Made by a program: the position numbers and the translations under genes
From: a virus
Taxonomy: Duplodnaviria > Heunggongvirae > Uroviricota > Caudoviricetes
Direction: 5' to 3' (one strand)
IMG/VR virus record: IMGVR_UViG_3300047160_006104
Coordinates: 29,865 to 93,864 of that record
Length of the DNA stretch: 64,000 nucleotides
The notes under the pieces: model-generated
What the model was told of the DNA's origin: nothing
Databases searched by the model: none
What the model saw: the letters and a program-made list of their open reading frames with translations, nothing else
Shown here: piece after piece, positions 29,730 to 39,168 of the stretch
Numbering within the stretch: position 1 is the stretch's first letter
Layout of the letters: each line of letters starts with the position of its first letter

Positions 29730-30055
29730 GCGGTGGCCGTAATGCTGAGTTTGTTGGCGGACACGGTCCAGGTGCGCGGGGTGGGTCCGTTGTCCACGAT
29801 CGCCTTGGTGGTGTCGATAGTGACGGATTCTGGTGTGGTGGTGGTGGTCGTGATGGTCACCGGCACGGCCGGGAAATTCGCGGTCGTGGTGGCCCCGTCG
29901 GCGGCCACCAAAGGGACCGACACCGGACCGGCCTGCCCCGTCGTGGTGGTGGTGGTGGTCAGCACATCACTGCCGGCGATGGTGCCGGTGATCGTCTGAC
30001 CCGACGTGTAGGAGGTTTTGTCCCAGGACGCGGTGACGTTGAAGGTGTCAGGCAT
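29726..30055 (-). CDS. Thr-rich small structural-like protein
   Basis: Poly-Thr tracts. Shares 'VPLVAADGAT' with downstream gene. ATGA coupled. Confidence 0.45.
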   Translation of the reverse strand: MPDTFNVTASWDKTSYTSGQTITGTIAGSDVLTTTTTTTGQAGPVSVPLVAADGATTTANFPAVPVTITTTTTTPESVTIDTTKAIVDNGPTPRTWTVSANKLSITATA

Positions 30056-30309
30056 GAGCTTCCTTCCGCAGAGGGGGCGGGTTGAATGTCTTCAACGATG
30101 ACCCGCCGCAGCCCTTAAACCGGAGGCGACACGCCGAAGACGAACTACTCGGCAGGCTTCCCTTCGCGAAGAGGTTCCTATGGTGAGGCGTGGTCGATCT
30201 TGTTCGATCAGTGGGCGCCGCCGGGACAGCAGGAACTGCCGGGCCGCAAAGCCCTAGAAAAAGGCCATGACTCTGGCATATAATCGGCGCAGCGACCGAA
30301 GGAGAAAAA

Positions 30310-30342
30310 ATGCTCAGAGCCCTGGACATTCAGGCCCGCTGA
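30310..30342 (+). CDS. 9-codon leader peptide (uORF)
   Basis: Perfect RBS GAAGGAG, MLRALDIQAR*. Stop overlaps ATG of next gene (TGATG). Confidence 0.3.
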   Translation: MLRALDIQAR

Positions 30343-30770
30343 TGGGACTGGACATGAGCCACAACGCGTGGCACGGCGGCTACGCGTCGTTCGACAGGTT
30401 CCGCACCACCCTCACCGCGGTCGCAGGACTACCGCTGACCGACGGCGACCTGCCCAATACGAAATGGATCGACATCAATTGGGATGCAGTGACCACACTG
30501 AACCTGATGGGCGAATGGGGTGAAAAACTACCCACCTTACGCGACGGAACATTCGACCCGCTGATGCTGCTGATCGTCCACAGCGACTGCGACGGGGTCC
30601 TGCACCCCTATCACGCCAAATTGATCGCCGACCGGGTCGAAGAACTCATCCCGCTGCTGCCAGTTGAAGCTGAGGGACGCCACCGCGGCTACTACGCCGA
30701 GAAAGCGCAACAACTGGTCGACGGCTTCAGACGGGCACACGCGGCCGGGGAGGAAGTAGTGTTCGCGTAA
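30342..30770 (+). CDS. hypothetical protein
   Basis: 142 aa. Coupled to uORF. Confidence 0.45.
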   Translation: MGLDMSHNAWHGGYASFDRFRTTLTAVAGLPLTDGDLPNTKWIDINWDAVTTLNLMGEWGEKLPTLRDGTFDPLMLLIVHSDCDGVLHPYHAKLIADRVEELIPLLPVEAEGRHRGYYAEKAQQLVDGFRRAHAAGEEVVFA

Positions 30771-30973
30771 TGCCCACCGCTGCGGTCATCATCCCGTACA
30801 GGGACCGGGGTGTAGACCCGTTACGGCGGGCCAACCTGGAACGGATCCTCACCCACTATGAGGGCCACTTCGATACCCTCGTGGTCGGTGATGGCCGCAG
30901 CGGCGACGCCCAGTTCAACCGCCACGCCGCCTACAACCGCGGCGGGGGTGACGGCGTTTATCCCCATTATTGA
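30770..30973 (+). pseudogene. 5' fragment of glycosyltransferase gene (paralog of 33099..33839 N-terminus)
   Basis: Encodes 'MPTAAVIIPYRDRGVDPLRRANLERILTHYEGHF..GDGRSGDAQFNRHAAYNRG' then a stop. ~50-nt block is identical to the intact gene. Confidence 0.5.
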
Positions 30974-31025
30974 CGAGTAATGCACAAGGTTTTTCCACAG
31001 TTGTGAATCTGGCACGCATCATTTC

Positions 31026-31271
31026 GTGATGGCGCTAGGGTATCGGCCCTATCAGCATCAGATGGGCGTGGATCTCGGTACTCACACTTTCGGGAGGAAA
31101 GGGCAGTTGGCGATCACGCCGACGATCACCATCACCTTCGACAACGACGTGACCGTGCGGCGACCGTTCAAAGAGCTGTCGGGGCCGGAAGCTGTCAAGG
31201 AGTTACCGGCCGCGCCGAAGAAGCTGACCGGGCTGCGCAGGATGGGCCCGATGATGTTGTACAACCAGTAG
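31026..31271 (+). CDS. hypothetical protein upstream of flotillin
   Basis: 81-aa ORF. Start ambiguous. Confidence 0.35.
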   Translation: MMALGYRPYQHQMGVDLGTHTFGRKGQLAITPTITITFDNDVTVRRPFKELSGPEAVKELPAAPKKLTGLRRMGPMMLYNQ

Positions 31272-31283
31272 ATAGGAGAATCA

Positions 31284-32732
31284 ATGTTCGGGTATCGGGT
31301 TCCGCGGCCGGATCAGGCGATGCTGATCAGCGGCGGTAAGCAGAAAACCGAGGGCGCGACGTTCCGGGTGGTGATCGGCCACGGGGCGTGGGTGATGCCA
31401 GGTTTCCGCAAGGTCGGCTTCTTGGGTTTGGACCTGCACACTGTGGAGATCGCGGAGTCGTGCCGCTCCACCGAAGGCATCCTGCTCAACCTCAAAGCGG
31501 TGGTGGCGTTCAAGGTTCAGTCCGACATCGCGGCCGTCAACGCCGCCGCCCAGCGGTTCCTCGGCGACCAGAAAAAAGGGCAGATGGAGGACATGACGAA
31601 TCGGATCTTCGCTGGGCATCTGCGCTCCATCGTCGGGTCGATGGCGGTGGTCAACATTCACCGCAACCGCGACGAGTTGGCGCAGAACATTCTGCATCAT
31701 TCGCAGTCGGAGATGTCCACGCTCGGGTTGACGGTGGACTCGTTCCAGATTGAGCACCTTGATGACAACAACCTGGGGTATCTGGATGATCTTGCCGCGG
31801 AGGAGGTTGCGCAGCAGAAGAAGAAAGCCGGTATCGCGCGCGCCATCGCCGCCCAGGAGCAGGCGCAGGCTGAGCAGGAATCGACCCGTAAGCAGAACGA
31901 GCAGATTCGTGAGACGCAGGTGAAGGCTGCGGTGATCAAGTCGGAGATCGACAAGGCCAACGCCGAAGCGGAAGCCGCCGGCCAGCTCGCCGCCGCGGAT
32001 GTGCAGCAGCGGGTGTTAAAGCAGCAGCAGTTGGTCGCCGACACCAACGCCGAGTTGATCGAACGCAAACTGGCCGGTGAGCAGATCAAACCGGCCGAGG
32101 CCGACGCGAAAGCTAAGCGGATCGCCGCGGACGCCGACACCAGCGTCGCTGAGGCTGCCGGTAAGCGCGCCGAGTTCGAAGCGGTCGCCGCCAAGACCCG
32201 GCAGATCAAAGCCGCGGAAGCCAACGCCCTACAGGCCACCGTGACCGCCGAAGCTGCAGCCAAAGCGGCGGAATTCAACGCGAACGCAGTGCGTTCCCAG
32301 GCCCAGGCCGACGCTGACGCCGCCGAAGCCCGGGGTGTCTCGGCAGCCAAAGCACGTAAAGCGCAAGGCCTCGCCGAAGCCGAGGCGACCGAGGCGCAAG
32401 GTCTGGCCGAGGCCAAAGCCGAACTCGCCAAATCCAACGCCCTAGCCGCGAACAACAACGCGCGGCTGGATCTGGAGCGGGTGCGGATGATGCCCGAAAT
32501 CGCCCGCAACGTCGCCGAAGGCGTCAACCTGGGTGGCGCGAACCTTTACGTCGCCAACGGTGCCGAGGGGATCAGCCAACTCGCCGCCCTGGCGATCCCG
32601 GTCATGCAGCAAGTCATGGCCGCGATGGGCACCATGTTCTCCCGCAACGAAACCGAGGCGATGTCCAACGATAACGGCCAGCAGGCGGCAGCCTACGGGC
32701 CGAATACGCCGATGGACATCTCCACCCGCTGA
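31284..32732 (+). CDS. flotillin-like SPFH/band-7 domain protein
   Basis: N-terminal SPFH domain (FRVVIGHGAWVMPGFRKVGFLGLDLHTVEI..). ~250-aa Ala/Glu/Gln-rich flotillin-type coiled-coil. C-terminal tail. Confidence 0.7.
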   Translation: MFGYRVPRPDQAMLISGGKQKTEGATFRVVIGHGAWVMPGFRKVGFLGLDLHTVEIAESCRSTEGILLNLKAVVAFKVQSDIAAVNAAAQRFLGDQKKGQMEDMTNRIFAGHLRSIVGSMAVVNIHRNRDELAQNILHHSQSEMSTLGLTVDSFQIEHLDDNNLGYLDDLAAEEVAQQKKKAGIARAIAAQEQAQAEQESTRKQNEQIRETQVKAAVIKSEIDKANAEAEAAGQLAAADVQQRVLKQQQLVADTNAELIERKLAGEQIKPAEADAKAKRIAADADTSVAEAAGKRAEFEAVAAKTRQIKAAEANALQATVTAEAAAKAAEFNANAVRSQAQADADAAEARGVSAAKARKAQGLAEAEATEAQGLAEAKAELAKSNALAANNNARLDLERVRMMPEIARNVAEGVNLGGANLYVANGAEGISQLAALAIPVMQQVMAAMGTMFSRNETEAMSNDNGQQAAAYGPNTPMDISTR

Positions 32733-32733
32733 C

Positions 32734-33102
32734 ATGACCGAGGAACCAGGACTGTTCGCCGAGCCCGAGCATTCCGGTGCGATCAGACTGCCTGCGCTCA
32801 CCTCGGGTGAGCGCAGGCAGTCTCTGGTGGCCACCCGCATCGCCAACGGCGAACACCCACTAGGCCGGCCCGTCCTGCTGCACCACTCAGCCAGCCGCAC
32901 CATCCTCGAAGCCGGACATGAGACCACCCTGCCCACCTGCGGCGACTGCAAGTTTCGGGTGCTGCTGAAGCACAACACCCGCACATACCCCAAGTGCTGG
33001 TATCCCGACCTGCACCGTTACCCGCATCCCCGCGACACCGGCTGCGAGTCCAGTGATATCCGCGCGTGGTGGCCAGCGTGCCGAGAGTTCGAGCGCAAAT
33101 GA
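32734..33102 (+). CDS. hypothetical Cys-containing protein
   Basis: 122 aa. Stop overlaps next ATG. Confidence 0.4.
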   Translation: MTEEPGLFAEPEHSGAIRLPALTSGERRQSLVATRIANGEHPLGRPVLLHHSASRTILEAGHETTLPTCGDCKFRVLLKHNTRTYPKCWYPDLHRYPHPRDTGCESSDIRAWWPACREFERK

Positions 33103-33839
33103 CCGCTGCGATCATCGTCGGCTTCCGGGACAGGGGTGTGGACCCGCTCCGGCAGGCCAATCTGGAACGGGTCCTCACCCACTACGGTGGCCACTTCCCC
33201 GTCTTGGTCATCGGCGACGGCCGCAGCGGCGACGCCCAGTTCAACCGCCACGCCGCCTATAACCGCGGTGCCGCGCAAACAGACGCCGACGTTCTGGTCT
33301 ATATCGAGGCCGACATCCTCATCGATCCGGCCCAGATACGGCACGGCATCGACTTCGCGGCGCACCGGGCCGGGCAGATCATCCCGTTCTCCTTCCAGCA
33401 CAAACTGTCCGAAGTCGATTCGAGGCTGGTCCGCGGATACCTCAAGGATCCCGCCGACTGTGTGCCGGAGCTCACCCATCACACGGCCGAGACGTTCTGG
33501 AATCATGGCTGCGCCACGATCATCAACCGCACCACCCTTGAGATGGTCGGAGGCTGGGATGAGAAGTTCGAGGGCCACGGCCATGACGACACGGCGATGC
33601 TGATCGCGTTCGACCGCGTCACCGGCTACCCACCGGCCTGTATTGATGGGCCGGCGTATCACCTGTATCACCTCGACTTCGACCCGACGTTGACCCGAGG
33701 GGCGCACATCACTGCGGCCGACGTCGACGCCCAGCAGCGCAACCTGGACCGGCTCAACCTGTATCGGCGCACCACCAATCCGCATCAAATCCGGCAACTC
33801 ACCGCCGGAGGTGGCGGCGACTGGCGACACCGGGCGTAA
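33099..33839 (+). CDS. glycosyltransferase (GT-A-like)
   Basis: 'AIIVGFRDRGVDPLRQANLERVL' N-terminal motif. 'VLVYIEADILI' acidic motif. Confidence 0.5.
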   Translation: MTAAIIVGFRDRGVDPLRQANLERVLTHYGGHFPVLVIGDGRSGDAQFNRHAAYNRGAAQTDADVLVYIEADILIDPAQIRHGIDFAAHRAGQIIPFSFQHKLSEVDSRLVRGYLKDPADCVPELTHHTAETFWNHGCATIINRTTLEMVGGWDEKFEGHGHDDTAMLIAFDRVTGYPPACIDGPAYHLYHLDFDPTLTRGAHITAADVDAQQRNLDRLNLYRRTTNPHQIRQLTAGGGGDWRHRA

Positions 33840-33850
33840 TACTGCCCTTT

Positions 33851-34771
33851 GTGGACTTTCTGGTCACCGGCGGCGCGGGTTTCATCGGACGGCATACGGT
33901 CAGAGCGCTCAAGGCCGCGTATTCCGACGCCGAAATCGTCTGTTTGGACAACTTATCGCTGAGTAAGCCACCAGGACGGGATTTCGGCGCGGAGTTTGTC
34001 TATGGCGATGTCCGCGACACCCTGCTGGTCACCCAGATGGTCGAAAGATGCCGTCGCGGCATCATCCACCTGGCCGCCGATTCGCGGGTGCTGCCGTCGC
34101 TGGCCGACCCGGCTTTAGTGTGCGATTCGGCGCGCTCGAATGTGATCGGGACCGCTAACGTGTTGGCCGCGATGGCGAAATCCCCGCGCGATCTGCGGCT
34201 GGTGTACGCGGGTTCGTCCACGGCATACGGCAACCGGCCCGGTCCACCGAACCGGGAGAGGGATCTGCCGGCGGTGCAGAGCCCGTATTCGGCGACCAAA
34301 CTGGCCGGCGAACTGCTGGTGCGGTCGTTCGTGGTGACCTTCGGGATCAAAGCCACGGTGCTGCGCTACTTCCAGGTGTACGGGCCGGGACAACCCACAA
34401 CAGGCGCGTATGCGATGGTGACCGGGGTGTTTCTGCGTCAAGCTGCGGCCGGGGAACCGTTGACGATTGAGGGCAACGGGTCGCAGACCCGCGACTTCGT
34501 GCACGTCACCGACGTAGCCAGAGCCAACGTCGCCGCCTTGGACAGCGTCGGCGCTGTCGGGTTGCCGATCAACATCGGCTCCGGGGAGAGTCATTCCATT
34601 CAGGAACTGGCGGATCTGATCTCGGCGAACCAAACGTATTTGCCGCCGCGGAAAGTGGATTTGAAGGCCACCCAAGCCGACATCAGCCAGGCAGCGAATT
34701 ACCTGGGCTGGAAGCCGCTGATCAGCTTCCGCGACGGGATGGCTGAAATGATGGCATTGGCCAGTCTATGA
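33851..34771 (+). CDS. NAD-dependent sugar epimerase/dehydratase (extended SDR)
   Basis: 'VTGGAGFIGRH' Rossmann. 'YSATK' YxxxK catalytic. 306 aa. Confidence 0.75.
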   Translation: MDFLVTGGAGFIGRHTVRALKAAYSDAEIVCLDNLSLSKPPGRDFGAEFVYGDVRDTLLVTQMVERCRRGIIHLAADSRVLPSLADPALVCDSARSNVIGTANVLAAMAKSPRDLRLVYAGSSTAYGNRPGPPNRERDLPAVQSPYSATKLAGELLVRSFVVTFGIKATVLRYFQVYGPGQPTTGAYAMVTGVFLRQAAAGEPLTIEGNGSQTRDFVHVTDVARANVAALDSVGAVGLPINIGSGESHSIQELADLISANQTYLPPRKVDLKATQADISQAANYLGWKPLISFRDGMAEMMALASL

Positions 34772-35352
34772 GCCAGGATTATTCGCCCGGCCCGTTTTTT
34801 CCCGGCGGCCACTATCCGCTGTTGCGGCACATCTGCGGGGAGCTGAAACCCGCCGGGACCGCGCTGGAGTTCGGTGTCTCCAACGGGTCGAGTTTGCGGA
34901 TCATCGCCGAGCACATGCCGGCGGTGGGGTTCGACAGTTTCGCCGGTCTGCCGGAGGCGGGGTGGCGCGGCTACCCGCTGGGCATGTTCGCGCACAAACC
35001 CCCGGTCATCGCTAACACCCGGCTGGTGATCGGCATGTTCGACCAGACCCTGCCACGCTTCGCCTTCGACACCGTCGACCCGATCGGTTTGGTGCATCTG
35101 GACTGTGACCTGTACTCCTCGACCGGCACTGTCCTGCACTATCTGCAACCCCACCTTAAGTCGGGCTGCTACATCGTCCTCGACGATTATTGGGAGATCG
35201 CGGTCGCTGAAACTGCGGGCGCACAAGAGTTCGACGGCGAGCGGGCGCAGGATGAGGTGTCGCATGCGTGGCGCGAGTTCACCGAACACAGCGACATTGA
35301 GTGGAAAGTGATCGGCTGCACCGGCGGGGCGTGGGCCATCCAGCTCGTCTGA
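34768..35352 (+). CDS. TylF/MycF-family sugar O-methyltransferase
   Basis: 'LVHLDCDLYSSTGTVLHYLQPHLKSGCYIVLDDY' signature of macrocin-O-methyltransferase family. ATGA coupling. Confidence 0.65.
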   Translation: MSQDYSPGPFFPGGHYPLLRHICGELKPAGTALEFGVSNGSSLRIIAEHMPAVGFDSFAGLPEAGWRGYPLGMFAHKPPVIANTRLVIGMFDQTLPRFAFDTVDPIGLVHLDCDLYSSTGTVLHYLQPHLKSGCYIVLDDYWEIAVAETAGAQEFDGERAQDEVSHAWREFTEHSDIEWKVIGCTGGAWAIQLV

Positions 35353-35370
35353 GCGTGTAAGACTTGCGCC

Positions 35371-36396
35371 GTGACACAGGTCATCATCTTCGTTTTTGCT
35401 GGCCGCCGCCCGAACTTGGAGCTGCAGTTGCCGATGGTCCGCAGGATTCTCGATGAGAACCCCAACACGCGTTTTGATATATGGAACTTCGCGCGCAACG
35501 AGTCCGACCGGGAGTTCATCAAAACCATCACCGGTGAGCGGATCATGGTGTGGAACGGCACCAGCGAGGGGTTCGCCTCGCCGGTCCCGACGCTGGGTGA
35601 GGGCAAGCAGTTCGGCGCCGGGGAACATAACGCCGCGTACGAGCACTACAGCCAGCCGCAGTTCAAAGACACCGTGTTCGTCAAGGTGGACGACGACATC
35701 GTGTTCCTCGAGACGGCCCGGTTTGCCACGTTCATCAAAGCGATCCGGGCCTATCCGCACGCCGCTTTGGTGGCCAACATCATCAACAACGGGGCTTGCA
35801 CCCCGGTCACGCCGGGTATTTGGGACGGGTTCCGCAAGCTGGGCATGTCGCTTTTAGATATCCACCGCTACGGCAGTTTCGCCGAGATGGCGCACAGCTA
35901 TTTCTTCACCCACTACGGCGACATGTTGTCCGATGAGGTCGAGCTGATCCCGACCACCGACTGGCTCTCCATCAACGCTGTCGGCTACACGTGGCCGGTG
36001 CTGCAGCGGGTGATCACCACGATCGGCACCCCTCACCCTGCGTATTTGGCTGGCCGTAACATGGTCGGCTGGGGCCGCGTGTTCGGCGACGAGGGCGTGT
36101 TCCAGTTGTTGCCGCGGATCATCGTGAAGGGCTTCACCTGCGCGCATTTGACCTACGGGCCACAAGAGTCGGGTGATTCTCTAGATCGGTGGCGGGAGAA
36201 TTACCGTCTGATCGGCCAAAGCTATCTGGATTCGTTCCCGCCACCCGATCACGTCGACCTGCCGGGCCTGTCGGCGGTGTCGTCGGGGCAGACGGCGCAC
36301 ATTGACCGGGAGGCGTTGATCGCCCAGTGGGGGCCGAACAACTGGCGGGTCCGGGCGTTGGAGAACGACCCGTGCGTGGGACGGTTCACTCCGTAG
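35371..36396 (+). CDS. putative nucleotide-sugar glycosyltransferase (GT-A-like, VDDD motif)
   Basis: 341 aa. 'VFVKVDDDIVFLE' acidic motif. Confidence 0.4.
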   Translation: MTQVIIFVFAGRRPNLELQLPMVRRILDENPNTRFDIWNFARNESDREFIKTITGERIMVWNGTSEGFASPVPTLGEGKQFGAGEHNAAYEHYSQPQFKDTVFVKVDDDIVFLETARFATFIKAIRAYPHAALVANIINNGACTPVTPGIWDGFRKLGMSLLDIHRYGSFAEMAHSYFFTHYGDMLSDEVELIPTTDWLSINAVGYTWPVLQRVITTIGTPHPAYLAGRNMVGWGRVFGDEGVFQLLPRIIVKGFTCAHLTYGPQESGDSLDRWRENYRLIGQSYLDSFPPPDHVDLPGLSAVSSGQTAHIDREALIAQWGPNNWRVRALENDPCVGRFTP

Positions 36397-36706
36397 GTTT
36401 GTCCTGCGAGTTCTGTGCGCGCATCTGCTCGCGCCACGCCGCCACCTTGGCGATGGAGGCCTCGCGGCCTTTGAGGTAGAGCGCGATCGCCGAGATCCAG
36501 GCCATCGCCGCATTGATCCACTCGGACACCGCCGCGCTGGGCAGGTTGGGGAAGATCACGGTGTTGACGAACACGGTGATGCCGGTGAGTAGGGCCACGA
36601 TCAGTGACCAGTGCTCGACCAGCCAGTAGGGCTTCGGCCCGCGCAACGCGACCCAGTCCGGCAGCCAGTGCTTGCCGCCGCCGCCCTGCGTGTCGGGCTC
36701 GGTCAT
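36386..36706 (-). CDS. two-TM membrane protein
   Basis: 'WSLIVALLTGITVFVNTVIF', 'AAMAWISAIALYL'. Confidence 0.45.
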   Translation of the reverse strand: MTEPDTQGGGGKHWLPDWVALRGPKPYWLVEHWSLIVALLTGITVFVNTVIFPNLPSAAVSEWINAAMAWISAIALYLKGREASIAKVAAWREQMRAQNSQDKPTE

Positions 36707-36797
36707 AGATGAATTGTCGACCCTGCCAGACGGTTCTCAGGATGACCGGCCAGGCGTGTCGCCCAGTGTTTGGCCGCTGTGGTCGGATACTGCCGGT

Positions 36798-37481
36798 GTG
36801 AAGACCGCAGCGATGGTTCTGCTGATCTTGCCGCTTTTCCTGCAGAATCCAGCGGCCAATGCCGACCCGGTTCCGGTCCCGGTGCCCGTCCCGGTTCCTA
36901 ACCCGCCGGGCTTCATCGGCGGCATCGGCGGCATCGGTGGGGGTGGCGGTTTCGGTTCGGCGTCACCGGGTATCGGCGGTGAACCGGGTATCGGTTTCGT
37001 CGCCCCTTCCTTGGCCCCGCCGACAGGGGGGATTTTTCTGTGCCCCGGCGTGGGTGCGGCCGGCGCGTCTATCGGTGCCGGCGGAGGATACTGCGATTTT
37101 GATTTCCGCGAAGTCATCGGGGGGCACGGCAACATGCACACGCACTGTGAATGGGGCGGCTTCTCGCCCATCGTTCAAATGTGGAACTGCTGGCGGGTGT
37201 TCCCCGGCCAGCCGGATCATCCTAAATTGCCGGATCCGGACATCATCCCTGATGGCATGGGTGTGCCTTGGGCGATCGCCGGGCCGACCCCGGACAACCA
37301 GTGGCCGCCGCCGGGTCTGGCTCCGTGGCAGGATCTACAGCCACCGACACCCGAAGGCCCGCCGCCAGGGCCGCCGCCGCCACCTGCACCTTCCCCGCCG
37401 CCGGGACCGCTGGGTCCACCGCCGGGGCCATTACAGGGGCAGCTTGGCCCCGCCGAAGGACCCATAGGGCTGCTGCCATGA
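36798..37481 (+). CDS. secreted Gly/Pro-rich Cys-containing protein (paralog A)
   Basis: Signal peptide VKTAAMVLLILPLFLQNPAANA. (PV)n, GIGG repeats. 'GGGYCDFDFREVIGGHGNMHTHCEWGGF'. Pro-rich tail. Confidence 0.5.
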   Translation: MKTAAMVLLILPLFLQNPAANADPVPVPVPVPVPNPPGFIGGIGGIGGGGGFGSASPGIGGEPGIGFVAPSLAPPTGGIFLCPGVGAAGASIGAGGGYCDFDFREVIGGHGNMHTHCEWGGFSPIVQMWNCWRVFPGQPDHPKLPDPDIIPDGMGVPWAIAGPTPDNQWPPPGLAPWQDLQPPTPEGPPPGPPPPPAPSPPPGPLGPPPGPLQGQLGPAEGPIGLLP

Positions 37482-38065
37482 AACGGCTGGCATTGCTGGC
37501 ATGTGTGCTCACGCTGCCGATCTCATGGCGGGCACCGACGGCGCACGCCGACACCCAATGTCCCTACCCCGGCGTCGGCGTTCTCGATGTGAACATCGTC
37601 GGCGTCGGCGGCGGGTTCTGCGACTTCCCCACCGAGATCAACGGGTCGCACTGGCATTGCCAGGCCGGTGGAATCAACCTGGGCGGCGTGTTCGGCGGCG
37701 CGAACGGCGGCCTGAGCGTGGGCGGCAACCCCGCCGGCATCGGCGGGGTGAGTTGTAACTGGCGCTGCCCCGACGGCGCCGACGCGCCGGCGCCGAATCC
37801 TCCCGGCGCGTGGGTGCGTTACCTGGTGCCGATGAACACCACGAACTTCTGCAAAGACCACATGACCCCTAATGGCCTGTGGACCAATCCTGTGTTGCCG
37901 ACAGAAGGACTTCCCCCGGCGGGACAGCAGCCGCCGCCGCCTCCTCAGCCGGTCCCGGCCCCGGTGCCGTGGCTTAGCCCACCGGGTCCACCTGCGTCTG
38001 CGCCTGCGGAGGAGCCGTCACCGATAGAACCCGGACCGCTACCGGGACTCATACCGCCCCCGTGA
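37478..38065 (+). CDS. secreted Gly/Pro-rich Cys-containing protein (paralog B)
   Basis: Signal peptide MKRLALLACVLTLPISWRAPTAHA. 'GGGFCDFPTEINGSHWHCQAGGI' paralogous core. ATGA-coupled. Confidence 0.55.
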   Translation: MKRLALLACVLTLPISWRAPTAHADTQCPYPGVGVLDVNIVGVGGGFCDFPTEINGSHWHCQAGGINLGGVFGGANGGLSVGGNPAGIGGVSCNWRCPDGADAPAPNPPGAWVRYLVPMNTTNFCKDHMTPNGLWTNPVLPTEGLPPAGQQPPPPPQPVPAPVPWLSPPGPPASAPAEEPSPIEPGPLPGLIPPP

Positions 38066-38081
38066 CCGACTGGCCCACCAT

Positions 38082-38465
38082 CTAATCCGGCCACTGCGCC
38101 CACCACGCATTCCTTTGCAGGTCGAAAACACCGATCTGATACACGATGCGCCCGCTGGTCGTGTCGAAGATCAGCAGCGCCCCGTAGTAGCAGTTGTTGC
38201 CCCGCAGCGCGATGAATCCCGCCTGCTGGCAGCACCCGGCGGCCGGGCACGGTTTGAACGGCTGCCATTTCACCGTCACGCCGGGATGAACCAGCTCAGG
38301 ATGGCGGATGATCCGGTTGAGCGCCTCGCTGGTGACCAGAATCCGCTGGTCGGGGCCGGTGACGATGTACAGTTCGCCGGGCCACTTTGTGGTGGTCACG
38401 TCGATGCCGACCTCGAAAGCCCCCGCCACCGCGCTAAACGCGCCTTGGTCACGCATCCTCGACAC
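38082..38465 (-). CDS. hypothetical protein
   Basis: 127-aa ORF, last gene of minus-strand block. Confidence 0.4.
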   Translation of the reverse strand: MSRMRDQGAFSAVAGAFEVGIDVTTTKWPGELYIVTGPDQRILVTSEALNRIIRHPELVHPGVTVKWQPFKPCPAAGCCQQAGFIALRGNNCYYGALLIFDTTSGRIVYQIGVFDLQRNAWWAQWPD

Positions 38466-38471
38466 CCGGGA

Positions 38472-38831
38472 TTAGGGCTTTGATGGGAACACGCCACGGG
38501 GCGCGGGGCAGCCATGGCCGTAATCGACCAGCCACATGGCCAGAGACAACGTGCCCAGCACGCAGCCCAGCGCGACCAACGCCCACAGCGCAAAGACGAA
38601 GCGTTTGCGCCACTTCAACATTTCAGAGTCGGTTAACTTAATGTCGCCGTCAATGTCAGGCTGGGCAGAAATCTGGTCGGTGTGGTCCATGCCTTTGAAC
38701 ATGGGGGTGAAGTGGTGGTTGACCTTGTCTACCTGCTGCTGGGGCAGTTGGGTGGAGTCCATCGGCTTTTCCACCAGCGGGATCACGTCGACGGTGGTGG
38801 TGTCGTCGTGAATTTTGGAGTGTCTGCCCAT
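38472..38831 (-). CDS. membrane protein (C-terminal TM)
   Basis: 'FVFALWALVALGCVLGTLSLAMWLV'. Start overlaps upstream stop. Confidence 0.45.
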   Translation of the reverse strand: MGRHSKIHDDTTTVDVIPLVEKPMDSTQLPQQQVDKVNHHFTPMFKGMDHTDQISAQPDIDGDIKLTDSEMLKWRKRFVFALWALVALGCVLGTLSLAMWLVDYGHGCPAPRGVFPSKP

Positions 38832-39139
38832 CAGGCCGCAGCCGCCAATTCCTCTTTCCACTTGGCGATCTCAGCGGTCACCTCGTCTTTGCGGTCGCGG
38901 GCCGCGTCCAATTCCGCGATTGCCTCATCCAACACTTCCTGACCACCGCGGACGGCGTCGGCGGCTTGGGCTTGCAGGTCCGGCATGTTATCCACGGTGG
39001 TTTTCAGTTCGAGCGCGGCGCGGAAAATTTTGCGGGTGTTGATGCGGAAAATGTCGAGGTCTTCGTCGAGGATCAGTTGTTGCTGCGCGTCAGCAGTGAG
39101 AGCAATTTCGCGGCGGATATGCTGTGTGTGTCTGTCCAT
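38831..39139 (-). CDS. hypothetical helical protein (MDRHTQH...)
   Basis: Leaderless ATG 6 nt after TATAGT with TGCCAGC box. Confidence 0.45.
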   Translation of the reverse strand: MDRHTQHIRREIALTADAQQQLILDEDLDIFRINTRKIFRAALELKTTVDNMPDLQAQAADAVRGGQEVLDEAIAELDAARDRKDEVTAEIAKWKEELAAAA

Positions 39140-39168
39140 CCCCCCACTATATAACACCCGGCTGGCAT

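Noticed and set aside
31697-32527. 276-aa minus-strand Ala/Ser-rich ORF
   Set aside because: Antisense shadow of the flotillin Ala/Glu coiled-coil region.
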